This document shows positions 15,001 through 26,200 of a DNA stretch of 52,130 nucleotides, in pieces. The stretch covers positions 1 to 52,130 of the forward strand of contig JYFJ02002708.1 of assembly GCA_000934665.2 (NCBI GenBank). The letters run 5' to 3'. Source of the stretch: Catajapyx aquilonaris. Taxonomy: Eukaryota. The translations under genes and the position numbers were made by a program. Every line of letters starts with the position of its first letter. Position 1 is the stretch's first letter. The notes under the pieces were generated by a model. That model worked only from the letters and a program-made list of their open reading frames with translations. It was not told the DNA's origin and ran no database searches.

Positions 15001-16484
15001 AGCGGATGTGACTATAGACGATTATTTATAGACTCAGGCTCACCTAGACAATAGGCGGAATTTTCACGCCCACTTGCGAGTTAAGTAAAAGCGAATTTTT
15101 ACATTGCTAAGCCCCATGAAAATATGTATTTTTAAAAAATCAACATAACCACCGTGGGAGCGAAAGTTTAAATAAACAATGGGGGGGGGGCTTAATAGCT
15201 TAGCACACACTAACAAAAGTGTTGTAACAGCTTAAGTGACTTAACAATAGTCACGTAATGGGCTGTGACCTACGTGAATAATTCATCGCCTTAAATGAAT
15301 GCGCCGGCAGTGCAACTAGACCGAACAAAGTGTGTACGCACAAAAATATTTTAACAACACGACTATTTTTAACAAAAATTTAACACTATTTTCATGTACA
15401 GGGTATTGTACACAAACTTTCCAACAATAAAAGGTGGAGCAACAGGTTGATTCGATTTTGTACAGGTTGCTGGGGGTGAACTAACCCTCTTATATACATA
15501 TATTTTTAACAAAATTTGTTTCAAGATTTGATTAATTATTTCTGGGCAAATTTTTGTGCAATTCACATATACAAAATTTGGCAAAATCTGTGGAAAATAT
15601 TTCGAAATAATGAGCTATTTGCCCAATATTCGCAATATTGGTGCGCAATATATTCACACGAGTAAAGATTTGGCAAAAATATGTTGAAAATATTCGCACT
15701 ACCGGTATGTGTGTGCAATCCACAGTGAGCAAAAGATTTTGGCCAAATACGTGGAAAATATTTCTCACTTTTCATGTGCAATTGGCATGATGAATAAAAA
15801 AAATGGCCGAATCAGTCGAAAATATTCGCACTACGTGTGCGCAATTCACAGGAGCAAGTTTTGGCCAAATATTTCTCACTTTTCATGTGCAATTGGCATG
15901 AGCAAAAAATTGGGCCCAAATCAGTGGAAAATATTGGCACTATGTGTGTGCAATTCACAGGAGCAAGTTTTGGCCAAATATTTCTCACTTTTCATGTGCA
16001 ATTGGCTTGAGCAAAAATTGGGCCAAATCAGTCGAAAATATTCGCACTACGTGTGTGCAATTCACAGGAGAAAAAAATTGGCCAAATATGTGGGAAATAT
16101 TCGCAATATTCGTGTGCAATAGACATGAGCCAAAAATTTATCATAATCAGGGGAAAAATATTCACACCATTTGTGAGCAATTGACATTATGCCGAATTTT
16201 GGGGAAATATTTCGCAATTTTTATGTCCAATTGACATTTTGGCCAAATATGTGGAAAATATGCGCAATGTTTGTGTTCAATTCACGTGAGCAAAATTTGG
16301 CCAAGAATTTTTCGCCCTTTTTACGTTCAATTGACACGAGTAAAATTTTTTGCAAAGTATGTCGCAATTTTGTTTTTCTTCCAGATAATAATGGCCCCAT
16401 TTAAATGTGAGGTACTCACCCGCACGTGCAGATCTGGCAAATGCAGCGGGACTTTTCGGCTACGGCCAACTTCTTTTGCACCAT
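1..16484 (-). CDS. Giant SAXO/FAM154-like (stabilizer of axonemal microtubules) repeat protein, 3' partial. Exons 16484-16420, 8151-7960, 7870-7724, 7163-6811, 6723-6428, 6365-2447, 2154-<1
   Basis: The spliced N-terminus MVQKKLAVAEKSRCICQICTCG|RHRCPH matches the SAXO Cys-rich start (CICxxCxCGRHxCPH). All six introns are GT-AG with consistent phases (2,2,2,1,0,1), and there is an in-frame stop upstream of the ATG. The body has ~33-aa repeats with S/T-x-x-x-(E/D)-D-(Y/F) Mn-like cores and ~29-30-aa DNLxPEG repeats. Confidence 0.8.
10111..11150. mobile_element. Tc1/mariner-like non-autonomous element(s), possibly nested
   Basis: TA|CAGGGTGTTTC at 10111 and GAAACACCCTG|TA ending at 11150. A second TA|CAGGGTG start at 10975 makes the true left end ambiguous. 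Confidence 0.45.
11210..11675. repeat. Tandem repeat, ~100-bp unit, about 4-5 visible copies, with an N at 11434
   Basis: The unit ...gcagggagtagcgaaaaatggttttcggattcggattcggcgtgtccaaaaagcgcgaactgctgtccgtccgtctgtggacaggtatcagggtctaaac recurs directly. Confidence 0.9.
15540..16375. repeat. Degenerate satellite-like array (~60-bp subunits, ~120-bp higher order)
   Basis: Recurring gtgcaattcacaggagcaagttttggccaaatatttctcacttttcatgtgcaattggc and gaaaatattcgcacta motifs. Confidence 0.8.
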
Positions 16485-17086
16485 GGTCACTTTTAGTCAC
16501 TGATAGCTCTTGTTGGAGACGTGAATGCGCGAAAAAGTGGTCAACACCAGCTGAGCTCCATGGCCCGAATGCTTCAAGTGCGAACCTTAGGCGGACAGGT
16601 TATGCCGGCTGCGATGTTGCCATGCTTCCTTCCTGCCCTTGGATCTAGGAGCCCTTGCACGGCCATGCCCACACCGGCTGGCCTCGGGGCCGCCCCTGGT
16701 CCTCCGCTTCTTCCGACCCATCCTCTTCACTGATGGAGCTGGGGGAGATGTCAGAGGTCAAAGTTGGTTGCAGGTCACCAGCTTAGGCAACGGGCTCTCC
16801 AACCCACACTGCCACTTTACCATTGGTCCTTTCTCCCTTCTGATGTCTGTCGCCTCTTATGGCATCATCCTCCGAACCTGTATCTGCCGGTACGTGGGTT
16901 GAACCATCGTCACCAGCACGTCCAGACCATTCTCGGCCTTGCCACAAATGCCCCTGAACCAATGGACAAGACGGGATTTCAGTTACGCATAATCTAGGCG
17001 CAATACCAGCGAAAATCATCACCATATTTAGCAAATAATAATTATTGCTTCATAAATAAATTGCGCAGGGTAGTAAAATACTCCGA

Positions 17087-17297
17087 CGAATTCAGAGAGG
17101 TTGGCTAACGTAAACGCGCCCGATTAAATCCTTTAGTCAGCCTCGATTAGCAAATTTAATCAACCTGCTAATACAAAGACGGCGATTAGCGCTAAACGCC
17201 CCCTAATCGCACTTGCCAGCACTTTTAAATTTGCTAATCGAGGAAGACTAAAGGATTTAATCGGGCGCGTTTACGTTAACCAACCTCTCTGAATTCG
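17087..17297. mobile_element. MITE / fold-back element with ~70-bp inverted repeats (PIF/Harbinger-like)
   Basis: cgaattcagagaggttggctaacgtaaacgcgcccgattaaatcctttagtc... is mirrored by ...gactaaaggatttaatcgggcgcgtttacgttaaccaacctctctgaattcg. Confidence 0.75.
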
Positions 17298-18579
17298 GCC
17301 ACACATCTCAATTATTATAAAAGGCAAAGTTTGTTCGTTCGTCCAGCATTTTATCTACTTATTTCATACTCATTGGGTAAAGGCAAATAATAAATACTCG
17401 AATTTTGAGTGCTTCCAAGTACATGTATTTGCAAAAACACCCTGTGTAAATAACCGTTCATGCTTTGATGCGCTTCTCAAGGTTCAGTGTTCCGGTGTAC
17501 CCAGTTTTATACACTCTAATATAATTATTATTTTTTTCACACCGTTTTGCAATTACGCACCGGAAACTTGCTTCAGTCAATGAAAACATAATTACTGTAA
17601 TCCTCTTCACCATATTTTTTTAAAATTTTTTGACAATTATTGTATTCAAAACAATGTCAATAAAAACTTGTGGCTTAGCTCAAAAAGGGCAGCTTCTTGA
17701 AATAAATGGACATTGGTCAAACATGCGCACTATATGCAGGTCATGCACCTCACGTGGTCATGAATAAATTATAAGGCAAAAGAACAATCGTGGCGGAGAA
17801 TCGTAAATATTTTGAGGCAACCCGCCCGGTTATTTTTGGACACACAACAGAGCAATGTCGAAAATTATTCATCCGGAGCAGAACAATTGTTACATGTATA
17901 ATTGCATGGTGCTTCCAGTGCCTTTCAAAAAAATTTGCTCAATTGAAACATTGTGTACGCTGCTGCTGTCTTGACAACAAAATTCTCGGTGCAATTATAG
18001 GATGTGCAATATTCTAAAGTACTGCAGCAGTATAATTACGATCCTTGAATAGACACGCGCGGGTGCAATTACTCGTCATGAAGTTGATGCCATGCATTGT
18101 GCAAGTGCGTTTTTAAGTGCTGGCGACATAGCCGCAATTACAACGTACAGTACAATGTAATGCCTGTCCAGAGTGCACAGCCTCGGTCAACTAACTAAAG
18201 CTCATATACCCACTGCCCCAGTTTTTCTTTGGATATTTTTTTTGTCTCGCGATCGAACCTTCCCCATCGGCGCGCAAGTCGACGTCCAGTGACGTCACGA
18301 CGTCGACGACGTCGCCAGGGAAACACGCGCCCCCCAAACACCATCAAGGGCCTCACATATACTGCCCTTTTGTAGTGTGTGTGCACACGTACACAATAGA
18401 GACTGATATTTATTGCTCTGGAACCATCGGAGGCAATCGCATCACAAAGCTTATTGTACTTAAGCAGGCAAACATACGGTGACATACGCGACGAAATTGC
18501 TCGATATGCAATTGACGTGTCCGTATAATATAAGCAGTTTCTTGGAACTTGTTATTATTTCATCAATGAATGAATGGAT

Positions 18580-19225
18580 TAATAAATAAATAAATAAACT
18601 GTACTGTAACTGTAAGTTACAGTACAGTAAGTACAGTTTATTTATTTATGAGCTTGTTACAATTTCATATTTTTCAAAAATCAATATTTATTTATATTAT
18701 TTCATTTATATTTCTAAAATTTAATTAATTATTTTTACTATATTTTTAATTATTTTTGTTTCATTTATAGTAATTTTATATTTTGTATTGGTTATTTATT
18801 TTATATTTTGTATTAGTTATTTATTTTATTTTAATTTTCCGTTGATTATTTTTATCTTATTACTTGTATTTTATTTATTTTATTTTAATTGACCGTTACA
18901 TTATTTTTCGCTGATTATTTTTATCTTATTACTTGTATTTTATTATTTATTTTATTTCACTTGTTATTTATTTTATTGATTTTTATTTACCTGAAGATTT
19001 TATTTTTATGTTGTTAATTTATTTTATTGATATTATTTATCTGTATTATTGATCTGATGCTTTTATTTTTATTTTATTAATTTATTTGAAATTGTAATAA
19101 TTTACCTTTAATTATGTCTATTTTATTACATTTTCCTTAACTTTGATATATTTACATTTATTTGATATATTTTTATATATCATTTATTTTTGTAAAGTTG
19201 TTTTATTTTTTTAAATTAAAAATAA
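18580..19225. repeat. Extremely AT-rich low-complexity tract beginning with a short hairpin
   Basis: Inverted repeat ataaataaataaactgtact...agtacagtttatttatttat followed by ~550 bp of T-rich sequence. Confidence 0.7.
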
Positions 19226-20700
19226 GCCTAATGTTATTAGAATAGCAGAAGCATCGATTTAGGCCCTAAATTGCTATTTATTTTCGCATCTGTCTGCGAC
19301 CCTGACCTATCTGCATAATGTATACAAATTATACCATTCCACAGGCCGCCACAGGCTTATTAATAAATGATGCTTCTATTCCAATATGCTAATAGCAGCT
19401 TACATATACTACAGCCCCTCAAGTAAATGTTTGAAAGTATTGGCATATTAATAAGCAGTGACGACGTCTGCGGTACTAAAAATTGATGACAGAAACATAC
19501 ACATTGGTACATGCTGTACGTATTATATTAATATGCTGCGTCATGCACGTTCCAAGTTCATAAGGTACGATAGGAGAGATCACCTGAATGTTTCAATGGA
19601 CAGGAATGATCAGTTACCTTTCATGGCACGTTCCATCATGGTAGGAGAAGTATGCTGCTGCGAACATATCCTGTGGGCCATTTATTATTTCTTGATATAC
19701 AGTTTGTTGCAACAATTTTTACTGGTGCTGATAGATTGCTATTGGCCACCCATTGAAAGGCAGTACCAACGAATAATCTGGTAAAGTACTCCAAAGCCAT
19801 TATATGATGGCAGACCGTGGTCATTATAATATGTGTCAGAAAAAGGTTGTGGTTTCCAGGCCATCCGGAGCTTCTGGGCAACCAGTTTCCAATGCCATTT
19901 CTGCTGCAGTCATATGTGGAAACGAAAAATCTGGAATAAAAATATTCAAAAAAATCAAGTTGGTGACACTTACAGTCATACAAAAACCGTTTGTTTGAAT
20001 AATGTAAAATGCAGCGGGGCTTACCCAGTGATGGCTCCAACCTCCTCCGGACACGCCAGCTGCAACACCCGTCCTCGGAGGTGAAAATAATTGCTCCTTT
20101 ACATACAAAGCACTTTGAAACATTTCGAACATCTTCATTTTCGAACATTAAGATGAGCGCCATCTTGGATTCGGGGGATAACTAATATATGTAACTAATA
20201 TCCCATCGTAACGGCTACATTAATAGTTATCTTCGGTTGTTCCATATGTTTCTGGCAAGCCTTTTAACGATGTGTTAATGAGATTGAATGTGGACATGCT
20301 GGAGGATAGTGGTGTGTTAAAAATGCTGTGGAAATGGATAGACACAGTTTAAAAGTGGATAGAACGAGACTAGATAGCCAATAGCTGTTTTTTTTTCAAC
20401 TAATATCGCAATTGAGCAGGAGGTTCGACTCGATTCCGTCAGATGGCGGTGAAAACAGCGCGCGCCCTGCCATCTACCGGATTAAACACTAACTTCCAGG
20501 CTGCTATCGATTTTTTATTCAAATAAAAAGCCCGGGGAAAATAATTAGTAATTATAATTGCATAAGGCTAAGTACGGCTTTTTTTGGGGGGTACTTTATT
20601 TTGCCTCTTGATTGTTCTTAGAGGTACAGTACTTATTCCGTTCATTAACTTAAAATGTACCAGGTATGTTAACAGTATTGCAGGCAAAAATATGGCTTGC

Positions 20701-20775
<75 letters not shown>
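20701..20775. repeat. (TTA)n microsatellite
   Basis: Direct trinucleotide run. Confidence 0.95.
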
Positions 20776-20781
<6 letters not shown>

Positions 20782-21093
20782 TTTGCAGAACGGAGAAAAC
20801 TTTGTAAGCAACACTTAGCGCATATGGTTAAGGTCGTGGGAAATATATTGTACTAGACCTTGATAATGTAAGTTGGGTAGTGAATCTGATGTACGTTACA
20901 TAAACGCGCACATTGTTGCACAATGATTACCCTCGAATAAAATTGCCTAAGACTCATGATAAGAAGATTGTTGCAGTGGAAATAAGAAGTGGACATCATA
21001 AATAATTTATAGTTCGTAAGACCTTCGATGGAACATTTGTGAGCAAAGCGCTTCCTGCAACATTGTTTAGTCTTGTTGTAGCTGCAATTAGCC

Positions 21094-22619
21094 ATGGACG
21101 TACTGAAGTCGATCCTAATTGCAGCGACGCTCATAATTGGGACGGATTCATTCAGACTGTTTCATTTTCCAGTCCATGAAGGCCATGACATTGTGAGTAT
21201 TACATCCTAAGAAGTGATTACATGTGATTTGCTGTTTCCTTCAACAAGTGCGGGTATGTACGAGCCAAAGGATACCCATGCGAAGACCACAAAGTGACAA
21301 CACCCGATGGGTACATCCTGTCGCTCCATCGCATACCACACGGCGCATCACCCTCCAACAACACCAGGAGACCACCAGTCATCATATCGCATGGTGTCGC
21401 ATCCTCAGTAATGGTCTTCCTGATTGGCCCACCTTCAAAAGCATTAGGTATGTAACAAAAGGAGAGTGATCGCAAAGGATTCAGAGAAACTTATTTGAAA
21501 AGGTCACATCCTGCCCGATGCTGGATTCGACGTCTGGTTGCATAGCCATAGAGGTACTGCTCACTCCGGAAGACACGTGAAGATGACTGCACAACAACCT
21601 GAATTTTGGCAGTTTGGCAATGATGAGATGTCCGTTATTGACATACCTGCGGTCATAAACTACATACTGGACAGGACTGGTCAGCAGAAGGTGGGCTACG
21701 TTGGTCACTCCTTCGGAGGCGTCTTACTGTTGGAAGCCTTGTCCGGAAGACCCGAGTACAACTCGAAGGTCTTCCTTGGCATCACGATGGGATCAGCAGC
21801 ATCTCCAGTCCACGCCAATGGACCTGTGGTCCAACTTGTACCACCGTTTTCGGTTATGAAACCTCTGACGGTTTGTATGAATCGAACGACTTCACCAAAA
21901 AAAATAATGTTCAACCGTCCTTTTGTTGAGGGCGTACTTTCATTATTTTTCAGGATCTGTTGACACTCGTAGGAATAATGAACATAGGATACCCTTTACC
22001 TGCGATGTATGGTATGGTGCAATCATTTTGCCTGTTTAACCGCTACACATTCGTCATTTGCAATACTCTGACTGGTTTGGGTCTTGGTTTTGACCAGGAC
22101 GAATTTGACCTGGTAAGCTGTGTACAAATTCACAAAGAAAGCCAGCTTTTACAACCTTCCTCTCCTTCACTAGGAAAAATCAATTGAAGTTCTGCCGTAC
22201 ATTCCATCTGCTTTTTCATTTCGCACTGCGCTGCAATTTCTACAGTGGATGGAGAGCGGTTTGTTTCGAATGTACGACTTCGGACCTGAGGAGAACCTCC
22301 GCCGGTACAACTCGGCATCACCGCCTCTTTACAACCTGGGGAACATAACAGCTCCTGTGGCCATGTTTTGGACTCTCAATGACTGGTTGGCACATCCAAA
22401 GGTCAGTCTCTTCTTGTGTTTGAATTTTATCCCCTTTTTAAATATTTTTCCTAATAGGACGTGAAGATTGCTGCGGATCAGATTCCCAGCCTGGTCGGGT
22501 CATTCCAGGTCAAGTTGCCTCTTTTCTCTCACTCTGACTTCGTCATGGCCAAAAACGTCGTGCCTTTGGTGTACAACGATGTCGTCAAGATTTTGCGTCA
22601 GTACGTCAGTATCGACTAG
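21094..22619 (+). CDS. Acid lipase (lysosomal acid/gastric/insect lipase-3 family), copy 1, ~404 aa. Exons 21094-21192, 21249-21447, 21503-21870, 21954-22112, 22174-22401, 22458-22619
   Basis: Hydrophobic signal-like N-terminus, GYPCEDHKVTTPDGYILSLHRIP, HG oxyanion motif, GFDVWL, DIPAVINYIL, nucleophile GHSFG, YDFG..ENLRRYNSASPPLYNL, NDWL (Asp), FSHSDF (His). Exon phases are consistent. Confidence 0.92.
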
Positions 22620-23260
22620 ATCAAGTAGTTCAATTCATTGCGTAACAAATAAACTGATGTATTCCTACTATAGGTGTATTAAAATTTTTGTATACAAACA
22701 TAACTGAGAATATCAAGTCAAATAAATGCAAGCTCTGGAAGGAATATATATATATGCGATTATGCAAGCGACCTTGACTTTTTGTTTAACATGTGGGTGT
22801 TTGTTTGTAATTTTAAATAAAACTGGGATCACAATAAGTGCCCTTGAATATTACTGCGCAAGAAACGTGAGAAGAAAATTGATGCTGGGGAATGAAACGG
22901 ACATCTTATAGACGGCTGCGATTCACAAAAAGCCTCCTAAACCATTGGGAATTTGTTACTGGCAGTTGACTTGGTAATCCAAGTATCTGTTAGCTTGCAT
23001 TTATTACTAATAAACAAATTGTTTAAAATGATGACTATGCCAGTTACAAAAAATTACTAGTACAAACAAAATGAAATTCCAAATATTCCTCTCAGGGTCT
23101 CGGGTAATTAGTAATTGGAACAGAAAAAAATACATGCAGCTTGCAAGATAAAGGGTGCGTACCTCATTCAAAGTGCATTTTAAGAAGTCATCATAAACAC
23201 ATCAAAGAGCAATGTTAATGCTGAAAAATCACCTGTATGAATGTTACTTCAACAATATTG

Positions 23261-26200
23261 TTACTGCACATTCGGGCCCCTTGCATTCATCGGACTGTCC
23301 AACATGGCCACTGCGGACATATCACTGGTAAGGTGTTGTCTCGTCTCATCCCCTTTCTCTCTGTGCAAGGTTTCATGTTCAGCCCGATGTTGCCTGAGGC
23401 GGAATGCCTTCCCGCACACCCTGCATTTGTGAGGCTTCTCTCCGGTGTGCACCATCACATGTTGTTTCAGCGTCTGTGGGTTGTTGAATACCTTGCTGCA
23501 AGTGGTGCACGCAAAAGGCTTTTCGCCCGTGTGTGTCCGTTCATGCAAGGTGAGAGCGTTTGCACTGGAAAGTATCTTACCACACCAGACACACTTGCAC
23601 TTCCTCCTCTTCCTCCGTTGAACAGGCTTGGTCCTCTCAGATTTGACATGTGAGCGGGAAGTTTTGTTGTGGTAAGACTCATGTCGCTTCAGACTACTCT
23701 CCTCCGAGAAACCTTTCATGCACTTGCTGCATGCGAACGGTGCTGGAAATGGCGCTGGAGGTGGTGCCGAAGGTGGTGCTGGAACATGCTCATCATTCTC
23801 GTGTCCTCTCTGATGCAACTCCAGCATTTCCTCCGTGGCAAACCTCCTCCCGCACTTGCCACAGTGGTGCGGGCTCCTCACGTGATTGGATCTCACGTGC
23901 CTGGCCAGATGTGTCCTGGAGCGATACTGCTTCCCACACGTCTCGCACTTCCATGGTCTCTCCCCAGTGTGCACCGTCAGGTGGATCTTGGCTGCAGTCT
24001 TTGTGTAAAATGCCTCGTCGCACATGGGACATTTGAGCTGCTTGTCTACTACATGCCTCCTGCGATGGGACACCAAATGATTTCTATAAAGGAAAGCCTT
24101 GCCACATATGTCGCACACATGAGGCCTTTCCATCTTGTGGATCGCGCGGTGGCCGCTAAGTGCAGCCTTACTCTTGCAGATCTTGCCGCAGTATTCACAT
24201 ATGCGTTCCGTGTGTATCACGCAATGGGCTTTCAACATCCTGTCGGTTCGGAATGTCTTCCCACATGTCTCGCATACGTATGGCTTCTCCATGTGTGCCT
24301 TGCGATGATGATTCAGCGACATTCTACTTCGGAATGTCTTACCGCATGTCTCGCATATTACAATCTCTTGGGCAGTGTGTGTCTTCCTCTTCAGGTGCAC
24401 CTTAAGATGCCGCATGAAGTTGGTCTTTGAGAAGATTTGTTTCCCACACGTCTCGCACTTGAACTTCTTATGGTGCGCCCTGCAATGTTTCACCAGCGTC
24501 TCCTTGCTGATGAAGCCCTCTCCGCACGTCTTGCATTTGTACTTATGATCCCATTCGGCCACAGGCTTGAGCATCGGGCATGCGCGCTGTAAGTGGTTAG
24601 CGACACCAGAACTGGACTGCAGTTGTTTGCCGCACTTGTCACACTGGAACACTAGTCTTTTTTTCTTTGGGCGTGACGGTGCAATTTTCAGCAGAGTCCT
24701 GGCGGTCAGCAGGGCTGTTTTTACATTGTCGGACTTCTGAACGCTCTTCATTGCCTCCATGTTCTTACTGCCGCTGACATTAGTCTTATCCGAAGGTTCA
24801 ACTTTGTTGGTTTCCGCAGCTGCTTGATGCACTTCCTTAACACTCTGGCCAACCTGCTGAGTCTCAGTACTTGTACTTGCAATGTGATCTTTCCGTGAAG
24901 TATTGGCATGGTTTGCATCAACCTTGATCAATTGTTTGCGCATTGGCACCGCAATTATTCTCTGGGGAGCATTGTCTGAATTGCTCTTCATTGCGTCTGT
25001 GTCCTTACTGCAACTGATATTAGTCGTATCAGCTCGGTGTGTTCCTCCAGCTGCTTTACACACCATCTTAGTGCCGGGGCCAATCTGCTGAGGCTTAGTA
25101 CTCGCACTTGGAATGCAAACATTCCTTGAAGATTGGGCACGATATAAATCAGCCTTGTTCAACTGTATGTGCTTTGGCACCGCAATTCCCGGGCCCTTGC
25201 CGCAGAATTTCATGTGGAACTTCAACTTCTCGTCTGTCTGAAACTGCTTTTTGCAATCCTCACATGGAAACGCAATCACATTGTGGGTCATGCACAAGTG
25301 TCTCGTGAGGTCTACGCTTACGGAGAAACCCTGCCGACATATCCTGCACACCCAAGGCAATCCAGATGGATCCGCATCAGGGCAGACCAGGTCATCCGCT
25401 GACGTTTCCTCGCCGTCATTCAACTTGCTGACCTCGAACACACTAGTTGACGCTGTCTGGTCACCTTGTACTTGGTCAGTGGCTGGCCCCTCAGCTTCGT
25501 GGACTTGCAGCAGAGATGAATCCGTGGTTGTCGGATTATCAATTGACGACCCAGCGATGTCTTCATTCCTGTAACAAAGACTGATGCATTACTCAGGTTC
25601 AACTCCATCATTTCATTACGTAAAATATTCATCTCCAAACTGATTATATTGTACATATTGCGCAAGTCATTAGAGCCATCGTATTGACTCAAGCAGGCCC
25701 GACATGGGGATTAACAGCTCTGCGACTGATAACACAGGCCTGCAAAAGAATACTTTTTATTTATTTTTTCTGCACAGTTTTGTGTGTTCCTAATGTATTT
25801 CGATACGCTGAGTTCAGCAATGCCGAGCTTTTTCCTCCATCACGTCAGGTTTTTCCAAAAAGTGAGGATAAAGTTTCAGGAAAATCAATCACACAAAAGA
25901 GTATAGCAGAGTAAAAAATGCTCTTTCGTTCAGTTGTGCAGCTGACTCCTAGGTGTGAGAAGAAAAAATAGGTTACAAAGCCCGGCCATCTCCTTCAAGA
26001 TGAACTAGGTGGCATGTGTAGTTACAGGTACTCGTGGAAAAATGTTTTTGATGCACCCACCCTGCCGCGCGCAGTTCAGGTGTTGCCACATTTGAACATT
26101 TGAACATTTTTCTACTCTCTGTGTTTCAATTTATCGTCGTTGACCTGAAATACCCATTTTCTAAGCTAAATATTGGTTTGACACATTTTTATAACAGCGC

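Noticed and set aside
16616..16629. RFX X-box upstream of the SAXO-like ATG (GTTGCCATGCTTCC)
   Set aside because: Only a half-site matches the consensus.
19484..19590. C/D-box snoRNA (TGATGA...CTGA)
   Set aside because: No terminal stem or recognisable guide; such motifs are expected by chance in AT-rich DNA.
20584..20856. Poly-Leu membrane protein ORF
   Set aside because: It is a translation of a (TTA)n microsatellite.
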